41,058 nucleotides of DNA from a virus. Location of the stretch: IMG/VR virus record IMGVR_UViG_3300045988_101518, positions 1 to 41,058 of that record; one strand, 5' to 3'. Under the pieces are notes generated by a model. The model did no database searches, had not been told where the DNA came from, and was given only the letters and a program-made list of their open reading frames with translations. Positions 23,291 through 31,357 of the stretch are shown piece after piece (the first letter of the stretch is position 1; each line of letters begins with the position of its first letter). The translations under genes were made by a program, and so were the position numbers.

Positions 23291-25921
23291 TTATGTCACC
23301 TCTACCGGATTCTGACGGTACTTTGCATTTTCCAGCGCTCTGTCAAGTGCCCTGGCCAAAAGTTCGCCGTCCACGAAAAATCCCATTTTCCCGACTGCGG
23401 CGATGAACCTTGTCACCGCACTGTTGATGATGGATTCCAACTCTGTTTTACTAACACCACCAGATCCTGCCACGGCCTTGACCGCTGTATTGACCATAGC
23501 CTGCAGTTTATCTTCGGGGGCTACGATCTCACCGTAATGGCGGTTATCGCCTATCATAGCAAGCTGCGGGGTGTTAGCTTTCACAAAACCGCCTTGTGCC
23601 AGCTTGGGGATTTTTGGAATGTTAATGCCCTTTCCCCCTAGTCCAGGTACCCAGCTTGGAACTTTGATTTTATTCAAGCCGCCTATCAGCTTATTTAGTA
23701 AATCTATAACTGCGTTTATTGGTTTTTTAGCTATTGCAGCGAAAGTTTCCCATACGCCTTTAAATATATTTTTAATCCCGTTCCAGGCTTTTTCCCAATC
23801 TCCTGAGAACACTCCTGTTATAAAATCAATAACGCCACCTAATATATCAAACAAACCATTAAAGACATCTGAAATTGTTTCCAGCATATTCAGGAATTTG
23901 TTTCCAATACCTTCAATCACGGGTGCTAGAACAGGCATAACATGCTCTGCTATCCAGTTCACCACCGGCTGCAATACATTTTCCCAAACCACCTTTATCA
24001 AATCAGCCAATTTTCCAAATAGCTCTATTGCCTTATCCAGCATGGGCTGTACAGATGTTTCCCACACATTTTGGAATTTATCTGATAGCTTATCTAAAAC
24101 GGGAGCGATATACTCGTTATATCCATCAAGCAGCGTACCGACTATCTCTGAGATTCCATCCGCAATACTTTGAAACATAGGCTGTATATGCTCATCATAC
24201 ACTTGGCTCATTTTTTCAAATGTATCTTTTACGCCCTGGTGCAGCGTGCCAAGGCATTCAGAAATTGGCGCCAATGTATTGTCAATAGCTTCTTTGATTT
24301 TGTCTTTATTGTCAACAATAGGCTGGACAATCGTATTGATAATATCACGTGAAAACCGTCCTGCAATGTCAATAACTCCAAGAAACCCATCATTGAAGAT
24401 TCCTATCAAGCTTGAAGTGATGCTTTTCGCATTGTCACCACTAAAAACTGAAAATATATCGGCAAGCGCAACATTCAAATCCCCTGCCAGATCCGATATC
24501 TCACTGCTCACATTAAAAATAGATATCAGTCTGGATTTAATATAATCTTTGCTCCCTTTCAAATAGCCGTCTATACCGCCTATCAGGTTATCAGCGATAG
24601 TGACACCCATACTCGCCATACTCCCGGCAGCTCTTCCGGCATTAAATACCATAGTGTTAAAAAGATTTTCAGCTGCGCTTACAACCTCTCGGTCGGTTAA
24701 TATATCTTTGAAAGACTGACCTATACCTTTAATGCTTTGCTTTATAGACTCTATTTTTTGTTGGCTGTTTCCGAACCCAATGACAAAACCTTTTTTACAA
24801 AGCGAAGCCAACTCGTGACATTTTGAGACCAGGCCATCCATCTTTTGATTCGTTTGATCAATTATGTTATCTCCTTCAGCCAAAGAGCCAAAGTCCATGC
24901 TGCCAACTCCTGCGCCGCCTCCGGTGCCACTGGCATTCTTATCCTGCAGCTTATTAATCTTGTCAAAGCCCATCAGGCTTCTGGATGCCTTCTCGGCTGC
25001 CTTTCCTATGCCCTCCGTGGAATCTGTCAGAGAATCTGCTGCGCCTGCAGCCACCGACAAGTCAGACGCCGTATCCTTAAAACCAGAACCACTTTCTGCT
25101 TTCTTTCCTGTCAGCATTTCCGTGAAGGACTTAAATGCCGATGCAACGGTCATTAATTTCGCCAGCAGCTGATTCAGCACCTTAAGGACAGGGGTCAGGA
25201 CATTTATAAGCCCTTGCCCCAAAGTTGCCTTTAAACTGTCGAACTGAAGCTTCAAGACCCTGACCTGGTTAGCCCATGAATCTGACGTCCGTACAAAATC
25301 CCCGGTTGCCGCCGACAACTGATCCTGCACAAACTGGTACCGCAGGGCTACTTTTTCTGCCTCACTCATGGCCTGGGTGGTCTTACCCCAACCGTTGGCC
25401 ATTGCATAGGCGTCCAGGGCGTTCTGGGTCATTACGACGCCTAAATCCTTTAAGGTCTCAGTTTCACCCGTGAATACGGATTTAAGTTTTGTATACGCTT
25501 CGTCCTGGCTGATATTGTAAAAGGACGCCACGTCGCCAGCCAGACCCGTCAGAGTCGTGCTCATGTCATAGGCCTGCTTCTCGGAAAATCCGAAAGCCTT
25601 GGCCATAGCCCCGAATGTACCGGTAAACCTTTTTGCCATTGTTTCGGATAGGCCGAAGCTTGCTGCCGCATTCTTGGCGAAAGAATCTACCTGCGCTGTC
25701 ATAGACGGGAAGGTGACGTCAACGACATTTTGGACTTCGGCCAGGTCTGAGCCAAGCTCAATACATGACTTACCAAAATCCACAAGTTTTTTGACTGCAA
25801 AGGCAGACGCAAGGGCTACACCTGCCTTTTTTGCCAGGTTTGTGATGCCTGATATTTGTTTCTCAAATTGATTTTTATTGACCACCAGGTCAAGTCCGAT
25901 CTGGCCTACACTCTGTGCCAT
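23291..25921 (-). CDS. Tail tape measure protein
   Basis: 876 aa, largest ORF. Helical and Gly/Ala-rich with repeated ...V..P... heptad-like segments. Located after the chaperone pair. Confidence 0.85.
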   Translation of the reverse strand: MAQSVGQIGLDLVVNKNQFEKQISGITNLAKKAGVALASAFAVKKLVDFGKSCIELGSDLAEVQNVVDVTFPSMTAQVDSFAKNAAASFGLSETMAKRFTGTFGAMAKAFGFSEKQAYDMSTTLTGLAGDVASFYNISQDEAYTKLKSVFTGETETLKDLGVVMTQNALDAYAMANGWGKTTQAMSEAEKVALRYQFVQDQLSAATGDFVRTSDSWANQVRVLKLQFDSLKATLGQGLINVLTPVLKVLNQLLAKLMTVASAFKSFTEMLTGKKAESGSGFKDTASDLSVAAGAADSLTDSTEGIGKAAEKASRSLMGFDKINKLQDKNASGTGGGAGVGSMDFGSLAEGDNIIDQTNQKMDGLVSKCHELASLCKKGFVIGFGNSQQKIESIKQSIKGIGQSFKDILTDREVVSAAENLFNTMVFNAGRAAGSMASMGVTIADNLIGGIDGYLKGSKDYIKSRLISIFNVSSEISDLAGDLNVALADIFSVFSGDNAKSITSSLIGIFNDGFLGVIDIAGRFSRDIINTIVQPIVDNKDKIKEAIDNTLAPISECLGTLHQGVKDTFEKMSQVYDEHIQPMFQSIADGISEIVGTLLDGYNEYIAPVLDKLSDKFQNVWETSVQPMLDKAIELFGKLADLIKVVWENVLQPVVNWIAEHVMPVLAPVIEGIGNKFLNMLETISDVFNGLFDILGGVIDFITGVFSGDWEKAWNGIKNIFKGVWETFAAIAKKPINAVIDLLNKLIGGLNKIKVPSWVPGLGGKGINIPKIPKLAQGGFVKANTPQLAMIGDNRHYGEIVAPEDKLQAMVNTAVKAVAGSGGVSKTELESIINSAVTRFIAAVGKMGFFVDGELLARALDRALENAKYRQNPVEVT

Positions 25922-26245
25922 TTACCCTCGCTCACCTCCTGCCGCATAGATAAGAGCCTGCTTCATGGATTCCAGAAATCCCTCCATATCCTCTTGAGAC
26001 ATTGCTTTTGCCCTGCGCGTCCGCCATTCCATTCTGATGCGCTTCTGCTCCGGGCTAAAATACTCCAAAATTTCCGGGTCATCTTCGGCTCTGATAGACA
26101 CAATCCGGCCAAGCGGTGTATCGGGACCCAGGCCGGACAGCATGTCTTTAAACTCGTCCCATTTCATGGTCTGAAGCTCTTTGGAAACACGAATCCCGTA
26201 CTGCGTCTGAAAAGATGATATGATAAGTCCAAAATCATCTATCAA
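25922..26245 (-). CDS. Tail assembly chaperone, Gp15-like
   Basis: 107 aa, ...FQTQYGIRVSKELQTMKWDEFKDMLSGLGPDTPLGRIVSIRAED resembles the phage Gp15 family. Only a TTG start (26245) is available. Confidence 0.55.
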   Translation of the reverse strand: MIDDFGLIISSFQTQYGIRVSKELQTMKWDEFKDMLSGLGPDTPLGRIVSIRAEDDPEILEYFSPEQKRIRMEWRTRRAKAMSQEDMEGFLESMKQALIYAAGGERG

Positions 26246-26261
26246 GTCGTAGTACGGGTCA

Positions 26262-26558
26262 TCACTCTCCCGATTCTTCCTCGCCGGTAATCAGGCTGAT
26301 GGCCGAAAAGACCAACGTCTGGAAGTCCGAAAACTGCAGTTTCATCTTATCAATTTTCTTGCGGTCCGTATCGCCGAAGATCAGCTCATACATTTTTACT
26401 ACATCACTGGGCTGCACGTTGTCACCATCCCCCAGGATTCCCATAATCTTCAGGACAGTGGCAGCGTCTGCATTTACCTCCAGCTCCTTGCCCTTAATGA
26501 CCAGTTTAGGATTCTCGTCAAAAGCGAGTTTGTCTGTAATATCAACTATTTTACTCAT
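26262..26558 (-). CDS. Tail assembly chaperone (Gp14/gpG position)
   Basis: 98-aa acidic protein between the major tail and Gp15-like genes. Confidence 0.5.
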   Translation of the reverse strand: MSKIVDITDKLAFDENPKLVIKGKELEVNADAATVLKIMGILGDGDNVQPSDVVKMYELIFGDTDRKKIDKMKLQFSDFQTLVFSAISLITGEEESGE

Positions 26559-27013
26559 TATGCGCCACCTCCTGATGGTAATGTTACTGTCGGCTTGCCG
26601 TTACTCATGACGTCAAACTCCAGCGGTCCAACCTCTGTGGATTTGCCTGCACCTGTATTTGTAATGTTGTATACTGCAGCATCCCAAGAAATCACTGTCC
26701 CATCCGGGAATGTCCAGCCGAAGTAGCCCTCTGCGTCTCGCCCATTCTTGAAAGTCTTATTAAATACATAGTCATTTCCTGTGTCCCCGATATTTCTTTT
26801 CCCGGATACAGAAATGGTGATGCTCTTCGCTGTTGCCAGCCTGCGCGCCCATCCTTCTGTATCGAAGGGGTACCATTCTTCTACTCCATTGTCAAATTTG
26901 ACGCTAAATGTTTCCATATCCGCAATAGAGGTCGCCCCTTCTTTGGCATCCCCTACCTGGAACTGGTTTTTATAACAAGGATATACTCCTGTCTTTCCTG
27001 TCTTTCCTGCCAT
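26558..27013 (-). CDS. Major tail protein
   Basis: 151 aa, beta-rich. Position between the tail terminator and the chaperones. Confidence 0.6.
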   Translation of the reverse strand: MAGKTGKTGVYPCYKNQFQVGDAKEGATSIADMETFSVKFDNGVEEWYPFDTEGWARRLATAKSITISVSGKRNIGDTGNDYVFNKTFKNGRDAEGYFGWTFPDGTVISWDAAVYNITNTGAGKSTEVGPLEFDVMSNGKPTVTLPSGGGA

Positions 27014-27021
27014 TTTTCTAC

Positions 27022-27420
27022 CTACCCTTCATAATGCAATGTCAGCCAGATCACACGCTCATACACGCCGTTATCATCCGTTCCCACGTCAATGGGTTCC
27101 GGCACATCCAACTGCAGGTAATCCACGTGTTTTCCAGCAATCTCCAAATCTGTTACATGTAAAAGCTTGTCATACAGGGCCTGGGCTGCCTCCTCTGTCT
27201 CATTGGCATATTTATCCCAATGGATTAAGATAGATACAGCTTTACTGGCCGTCTTTGTGCAATCCAGGCCGCCCAGGGCTATATTTGCGCCGCCAGAAAT
27301 CTGACGCTGATAGACACCTATAGACCGCTCTTTTTTATTTTCCAGCTTGCCTATATAAAAGTGGTCTCCCACTCCCAGCGTCTTGATCCAGTCCTTGATA
27401 TCTGCCAATTCCATACTCAC
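27022..27420 (-). CDS. Tail terminator / tail completion protein
   Basis: 132 aa. Synteny in the neck module. Confidence 0.5.
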   Translation of the reverse strand: MSMELADIKDWIKTLGVGDHFYIGKLENKKERSIGVYQRQISGGANIALGGLDCTKTASKAVSILIHWDKYANETEEAAQALYDKLLHVTDLEIAGKHVDYLQLDVPEPIDVGTDDNGVYERVIWLTLHYEG

Positions 27421-27830
27421 ACCCCCGTAATCCTTTTATATATCTGCTTATATGCCTTCTGGCAGTCCTCGTCCTTACTTCCGCCAGGCAACCAGTCTTC
27501 ATACCATTCACCACGCGCATTAGCATTTCCGTCGTGTTCGCCACGCTTATCTTTCCATTTTTCTTTATGGAAATGATATTCTGGATGATAGTACATCCTC
27601 CTGGCATAAGGAGTTGAATGTACCAAAACAGCTTTCCCTGAACTGCATTCAGAGTAATCTGGAAAAAATGAATCTCCCTGCAGCGCACCATCCATACGTG
27701 GAACCACCCGAGCTTGTACCACCTCTGTGTGCAAATATTCCGCCGTTTGCTCAAGGGCTGTTACCTGTGCGTCTGTAAGAGCCTGTATGCGGCCCCAGTC
27801 CATTTTTATGATTGAGTTTACGTTGATCAT
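27417..27830 (-). CDS. Neck protein (HK97 gp10-like / minor capsid protein)
   Basis: 137 aa with ATGA-type overlaps to both neighbours. Synteny. Confidence 0.5.
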   Translation of the reverse strand: MINVNSIIKMDWGRIQALTDAQVTALEQTAEYLHTEVVQARVVPRMDGALQGDSFFPDYSECSSGKAVLVHSTPYARRMYYHPEYHFHKEKWKDKRGEHDGNANARGEWYEDWLPGGSKDEDCQKAYKQIYKRITGV

Positions 27831-28168
27831 ACGATATCCAACCTCGTGTAATTTACGCTGCCATCCGGGTTCCTGGCTTTCATCGCCTGGAGGATGTTCC
27901 GGGTCTCCCCGAATACTGTGACTGTACCGCCGGAAATAACGGCTACCCCCGGTGCGATATCCCCCCGAAAGAGAGCTGTCCCGGAAAGCTGTATATATTT
28001 CTGTTCTTTATCAATGACAGTCTTCGCACTGTCCTGATAATTGCAGCGCAGGTCTCCCTCAAAAGCTACCTCTGGACCGCCATTCTCATTCAGTCCTTCG
28101 CTGTATATAGTTACATGGATGTCTGTCGTACAAGCCCATTCAGGCGCCAAACATGGATACATAGACAT
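27827..28168 (-). CDS. Head closure protein
   Basis: 113 aa from ATG 28168, which overlaps the upstream stop. Synteny. Confidence 0.5.
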   Translation of the reverse strand: MSMYPCLAPEWACTTDIHVTIYSEGLNENGGPEVAFEGDLRCNYQDSAKTVIDKEQKYIQLSGTALFRGDIAPGVAVISGGTVTVFGETRNILQAMKARNPDGSVNYTRLDIV

Positions 28169-28551
28169 CACCTCAACAATCTGCAGCACAAGCCTGTCTG
28201 GCAGAGCTGCTCATAGACATCACGCCGCATGGGGATTCCTTTCTGTGTGGTTACATTCCACGATTCCCCGAATTGCATGGATACGCCATTGATACTGTAT
28301 CCCTGCAGGATCATGTCGAAAATCTCCCTGTTTTGCCACTCAAAGTCTGCCTGCATACAACAGACCTCCTGGACAATTTCTTGCTGGAATGGTGTCAAAT
28401 CAGAAAATCCCCGGCCTACAATACGATTGTAGGTCAGGGAATCAATATGCCTGGAAGCCTGTTTCAAATACCGTTCCCGGTCAGCATCCGACAGCAGGCT
28501 GCCGTTGTAGATATCCGTGTAATACGCAGAGTCTGCATATGGAGTGTACAT
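28168..28551 (-). CDS. gp6-like head-tail connector (DNA-packaging) protein
   Basis: 127 aa from ATG 28551. Pattern ...YYTDIY.G......ERYL..ASR.ID.LT..RI resembles Phage_connect_1. Confidence 0.55.
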   Translation of the reverse strand: MYTPYADSAYYTDIYNGSLLSDADRERYLKQASRHIDSLTYNRIVGRGFSDLTPFQQEIVQEVCCMQADFEWQNREIFDMILQGYSINGVSMQFGESWNVTTQKGIPMRRDVYEQLCQTGLCCRLLR

Positions 28552-28552
28552 A

Positions 28553-28804
28553 TCACTCACCGGCTTTCTTTGCTGGTTTCTTTTTAGGTTCCGGGATCTG
28601 CTCTGGATCTCTGTCTTCATCTTCCTCTTTATTGATCACAGGGACTTTAATTTCCGGGATTTCCACAGGTTCCTCTACACAGTACCCGTGGCTTTTAAAC
28701 CACTCAATTATACGGGGTGTGTCTGTCTCCCCCACTCCATTGCAAAAAGAAACACCGGCGCTCATACCGGTGTACTCTTTGTTTGGTGCAAAAATCTTTG
28801 CCAT
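28553..28804 (-). CDS. Hypothetical protein downstream of the capsid gene
   Basis: 83 aa with an acidic/proline-rich C-terminal tail. Confidence 0.45.
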   Translation of the reverse strand: MAKIFAPNKEYTGMSAGVSFCNGVGETDTPRIIEWFKSHGYCVEEPVEIPEIKVPVINKEEDEDRDPEQIPEPKKKPAKKAGE

Positions 28805-28818
28805 AACTTCGTGCCTCC

Positions 28819-29778
28819 TTATTTTACTTTGATGTTTCGGAACACACCCGCCGCCTTTGTTGCTTTTAGGGCAATCGCTGCATTCATCTCTACCTCACCA
28901 GTCTTTACAGCACCAGCAGTGCTGAAATCAGGCAGCCATGTCTGCACCGGTGCCACTCCTGCAAAGGATACACCATGCAGACCATCAAGGCCAAGGCGGG
29001 CAACATACAGCGATGTGGTGCCTTTTTCTGCATCCGTAGCAACTACATCCGCATTGCTTCCCGGTTTTGCTCCCAGGTCTACAAACGGGATATTGCCATA
29101 GGATTCCACCTGTGTTCCCCAGTCTGTCTTTGTGGTCTGGTACATGGCCGCTCTTCTTGCGCAGGCACGAAGTTTGGAAATTAACTTCGTATTACCGGCA
29201 ATAAAGGACGGTGTACCATCCAGGGACTGCAGGAACTCATCCAGCATATCCAGGAAATACTGGTAGTTATCTGTGATCATCTGAGCCGTGGACAGGTCGA
29301 TCACAGAATCTCCAGTGTTGTACTCTGTAGAACTTCCCACCAGTGCCTTTTCCAGGCCGTCAAAAGCATTTGTATCAACAGCACTGTCACCATTGATGAA
29401 AGTGTCATTGAACAGCGCCTGCGCTGCTTTGATCTTCTGGGACTGCTGTAATTCCACCTCAGATACAATGCCGCCCATATTGGCGATCACACGGTCTACC
29501 TGATAGGAACCACCAAATACTTTGATATCTACAGAGTGACGTTCCTTCTGTACTTCACTGGGTGTATACTCCTTGTTGATTGCACGGAACTGTGCTGTAG
29601 GCTGTGTTTTCAGCCTGGTATAGCTGTATGTCGGGGTGGCTCCTCCGCCTGTCGGGGATACCGCATCATCGAACGTGATGTGTTCCAAGATCCAGTTGGA
29701 TTTCTGGAACTCGTCAATGACTCCGATCTGCAGGTCATCCTGCACGTTTTTCTTTGCTTCTTCCAATGTTACTGACAT
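28819..29778 (-). CDS. Major capsid protein
   Basis: 319 aa directly after the scaffold gene, with a strong SD. Confidence 0.75.
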   Translation of the reverse strand: MSVTLEEAKKNVQDDLQIGVIDEFQKSNWILEHITFDDAVSPTGGGATPTYSYTRLKTQPTAQFRAINKEYTPSEVQKERHSVDIKVFGGSYQVDRVIANMGGIVSEVELQQSQKIKAAQALFNDTFINGDSAVDTNAFDGLEKALVGSSTEYNTGDSVIDLSTAQMITDNYQYFLDMLDEFLQSLDGTPSFIAGNTKLISKLRACARRAAMYQTTKTDWGTQVESYGNIPFVDLGAKPGSNADVVATDAEKGTTSLYVARLGLDGLHGVSFAGVAPVQTWLPDFSTAGAVKTGEVEMNAAIALKATKAAGVFRNIKVK

Positions 29779-29791
29779 AAAATGTTACCTC

Positions 29792-30397
29792 CTATTCTTT
29801 CACCTGTCCCATCTGGGACTGTAATTTTGCTGCAATAGCATCCTTCATACTGACCTTTCCATCACCTGAAGTCTGTCCGGGAGTGACAACAGCGCCAACC
29901 TTAAATCCCGGTACAGGATTCTGGACCTGTGGCTTAGGCTGTTCCTTAAACAGGAATCCCTTGCTTTCTTTCAGAGATTTCACCTGCTCATCAAGCCCTG
30001 TCACTTTTCCATCATCTCCCAAGATCAGCTTTGTCTTATCGACTAAACCGGCCACCAGGTCACAATCCTGTGCAGAATCTGCAATAGCCAGCTTAATTGC
30101 AGATGTAAGCTGCATATCTTTCAGTTTTTCCTGGTATTCTGCATCCTTCTGCTGGTTCTGAGCCTGCAGGTCAGCGATCTGCTGTTTCAGAGTTTCATTG
30201 TCCCCTGCCGATGTTTTCAGTGCCTCCAACTGTGTCTTATAATCATTTGCAGAAGTTTCAAGCTGTTTCTTTGCCTCGTTCACCTCATCAAATCTTGTCT
30301 TCGGCACATAACCGGATAATTCTTTCTTGGATTCCTCTGCGGCCTTTTCAGCCAGCTTCTCATCAATGCCCAGTGCAACAAATTCTTCTTTTTTCAT
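29792..30397 (-). CDS. Scaffolding protein
   Basis: 201 aa from ATG 30397. Highly charged coiled coil (KQLETSANDYKTQLEALK...IADLQAQNQQKDAEYQEKLK). Confidence 0.7.
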   Translation of the reverse strand: MKKEEFVALGIDEKLAEKAAEESKKELSGYVPKTRFDEVNEAKKQLETSANDYKTQLEALKTSAGDNETLKQQIADLQAQNQQKDAEYQEKLKDMQLTSAIKLAIADSAQDCDLVAGLVDKTKLILGDDGKVTGLDEQVKSLKESKGFLFKEQPKPQVQNPVPGFKVGAVVTPGQTSGDGKVSMKDAIAAKLQSQMGQVKE

Positions 30398-30497
30398 GTC
30401 TTCTTGTCCTTTCAAAACATTATTTTTTCGTGGTTCAGTCCACGCACATTGTCTCTGTAGTTAACGCCCAAAATACCAAAATGGCGGCATAAAAATA

Positions 30498-30517
30498 AGA
30501 CGCTTCACCCTGCGTCT
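30498..30517 (-). terminator. Weak hairpin with U tract (possible attenuator) upstream of the scaffold gene
   Basis: Minus strand AGACGC-8 nt-GCGTCT followed by TATTTTTA. Confidence 0.3.
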
Positions 30518-30532
30518 CAAAGGGAGATAATC

Positions 30533-30546
30533 GGATCACCTCCTTT
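30533..30546 (-). promoter_or_regulatory. Orphan extended Shine-Dalgarno (STAB-SD-like) element
   Basis: The minus strand reads AAAGGAGGTGATCC, a 14-nt perfect complement of the canonical 16S rRNA 3' end GGAUCACCUCCUUU. It overlaps the stop codon of 30545-30835, and no usable start codon follows. Confidence 0.4.
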
Positions 30547-30835
30547 AGCCTACCAAATCGTAGGTCTTGCAAAAGATATCCGGTTTGCACGGATATAGCT
30601 CGCCGTTTACACCCTTGATGATATAATCACCCAGTCCCGCGTGCATCCGACCTTCCAGTGTCTCAATTGTGCATCCATAGACATGCATATGTCCATCTAC
30701 CAGACTCCGGTCTATCCATACTTTTTCGTCCACCACTGCCTGCGTAAACCATGTAGGGGCTACCATCTCGGCATCATCTGTCAAGCGGAACGCCTCAATT
30801 TCTACTGGTTTCTTCCTGTATTTCAACTTCTGCAC
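30545..30835 (-). CDS. PGDYG-domain-like hypothetical protein
   Basis: 96 aa. ...KKPVEIEAFRL...LGDYIIKGVNGELYPCKPDIFCKTYDLV resembles the PGDYG family pattern. Confidence 0.5.
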   Translation of the reverse strand: MQKLKYRKKPVEIEAFRLTDDAEMVAPTWFTQAVVDEKVWIDRSLVDGHMHVYGCTIETLEGRMHAGLGDYIIKGVNGELYPCKPDIFCKTYDLVG

Positions 30836-30859
30836 CTCCTTTCTTCACGATGAAATGAT

Positions 30860-31003
30860 TTACATTAGTATTGGGATTATTGCCAACAAAGCTCCTTCAC
30901 AGTCTAAGGCTTTAAACATGTCATTTGACCACTGCACCTTTGTGCATTGCTTGCCGAAATCCAACTTAAGCCCATTTTCCATGCAACAAACATAATATTT
31001 CAT
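30860..31003 (-). CDS. Hypothetical 47-aa Cys-rich protein
   Basis: ATG 31003 follows GGAGGAGGTGAGGAAAT. MKYYVCCMENGLKLDFGKQCTKVQWSNDMFKALDCEGALLAIIPILM. Below the ORF-track cutoff. Confidence 0.45.
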   Translation of the reverse strand: MKYYVCCMENGLKLDFGKQCTKVQWSNDMFKALDCEGALLAIIPILM

Positions 31004-31040
31004 ATTTCCTCACCTCCTCCGTTGCGCCGGCGCAAATCTA

Positions 31041-31085
31041 AAAAAGAGCACAAAAATACCACCTGCCATTTCTGACTGGTGGTAT
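31041..31085 (-). terminator. Rho-independent terminator inside the head module
   Basis: Minus strand ATACCACC-14 nt-GGTGGTAT (31085-31056) followed by TTTTGTGCTCTTTTTT. Confidence 0.6.
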
Positions 31086-31357
31086 CATTTTTTTTGCTTC
31101 ACTTCTTCTGACAATCTCTTAAAGATATCTTTGCACTGATTCTCAAAAGCCTCTTTCTCTTCCTTGGCATACTCCCTTGGATGAAGGAACGCTTCCCTTT
31201 TTTCACGAGTCATGCTTTTCTTTTCATCCTCAGAAAATCTCACATACTCCAAATCGGTTCTCAGCAAAAAGCATTCATGCGGAGATAACTCTTCTTTCCT
31301 ATGTTCCTGCTCCTCTCTGGGCAACAGCAACCACTCGCGCGCCGTCAATGCCATCAC
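31085..31357 (-). CDS. Hypothetical charged protein
   Basis: 90-aa ORF, Glu/Lys-rich. Confidence 0.5.
   Translation of the reverse strand: MMALTAREWLLLPREEQEHRKEELSPHECFLLRTDLEYVRFSEDEKKSMTREKREAFLHPREYAKEEKEAFENQCKDIFKRLSEEVKQKK

Noticed and set aside
25922-26300. Programmed frameshift joining the two tail assembly chaperone ORFs (gpG/gpGT style)
   Set aside because: The downstream frame is +1 (not -1) relative to the upstream ORF. It is open for only about 13 codons before the upstream stop, and no XXXYYYZ slippery heptamer is visible. The two are left as separate genes. The unusual TTG start of the Gp15-like gene remains unexplained.
27335-27754. 139-aa minus-strand ORF overlapping two neck genes
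   Set aside because: It is out of frame within the well-packed neck module (27022-27420 and 27417-27830, joined by ATGA overlaps). It has no SD and a low-complexity, basic composition.
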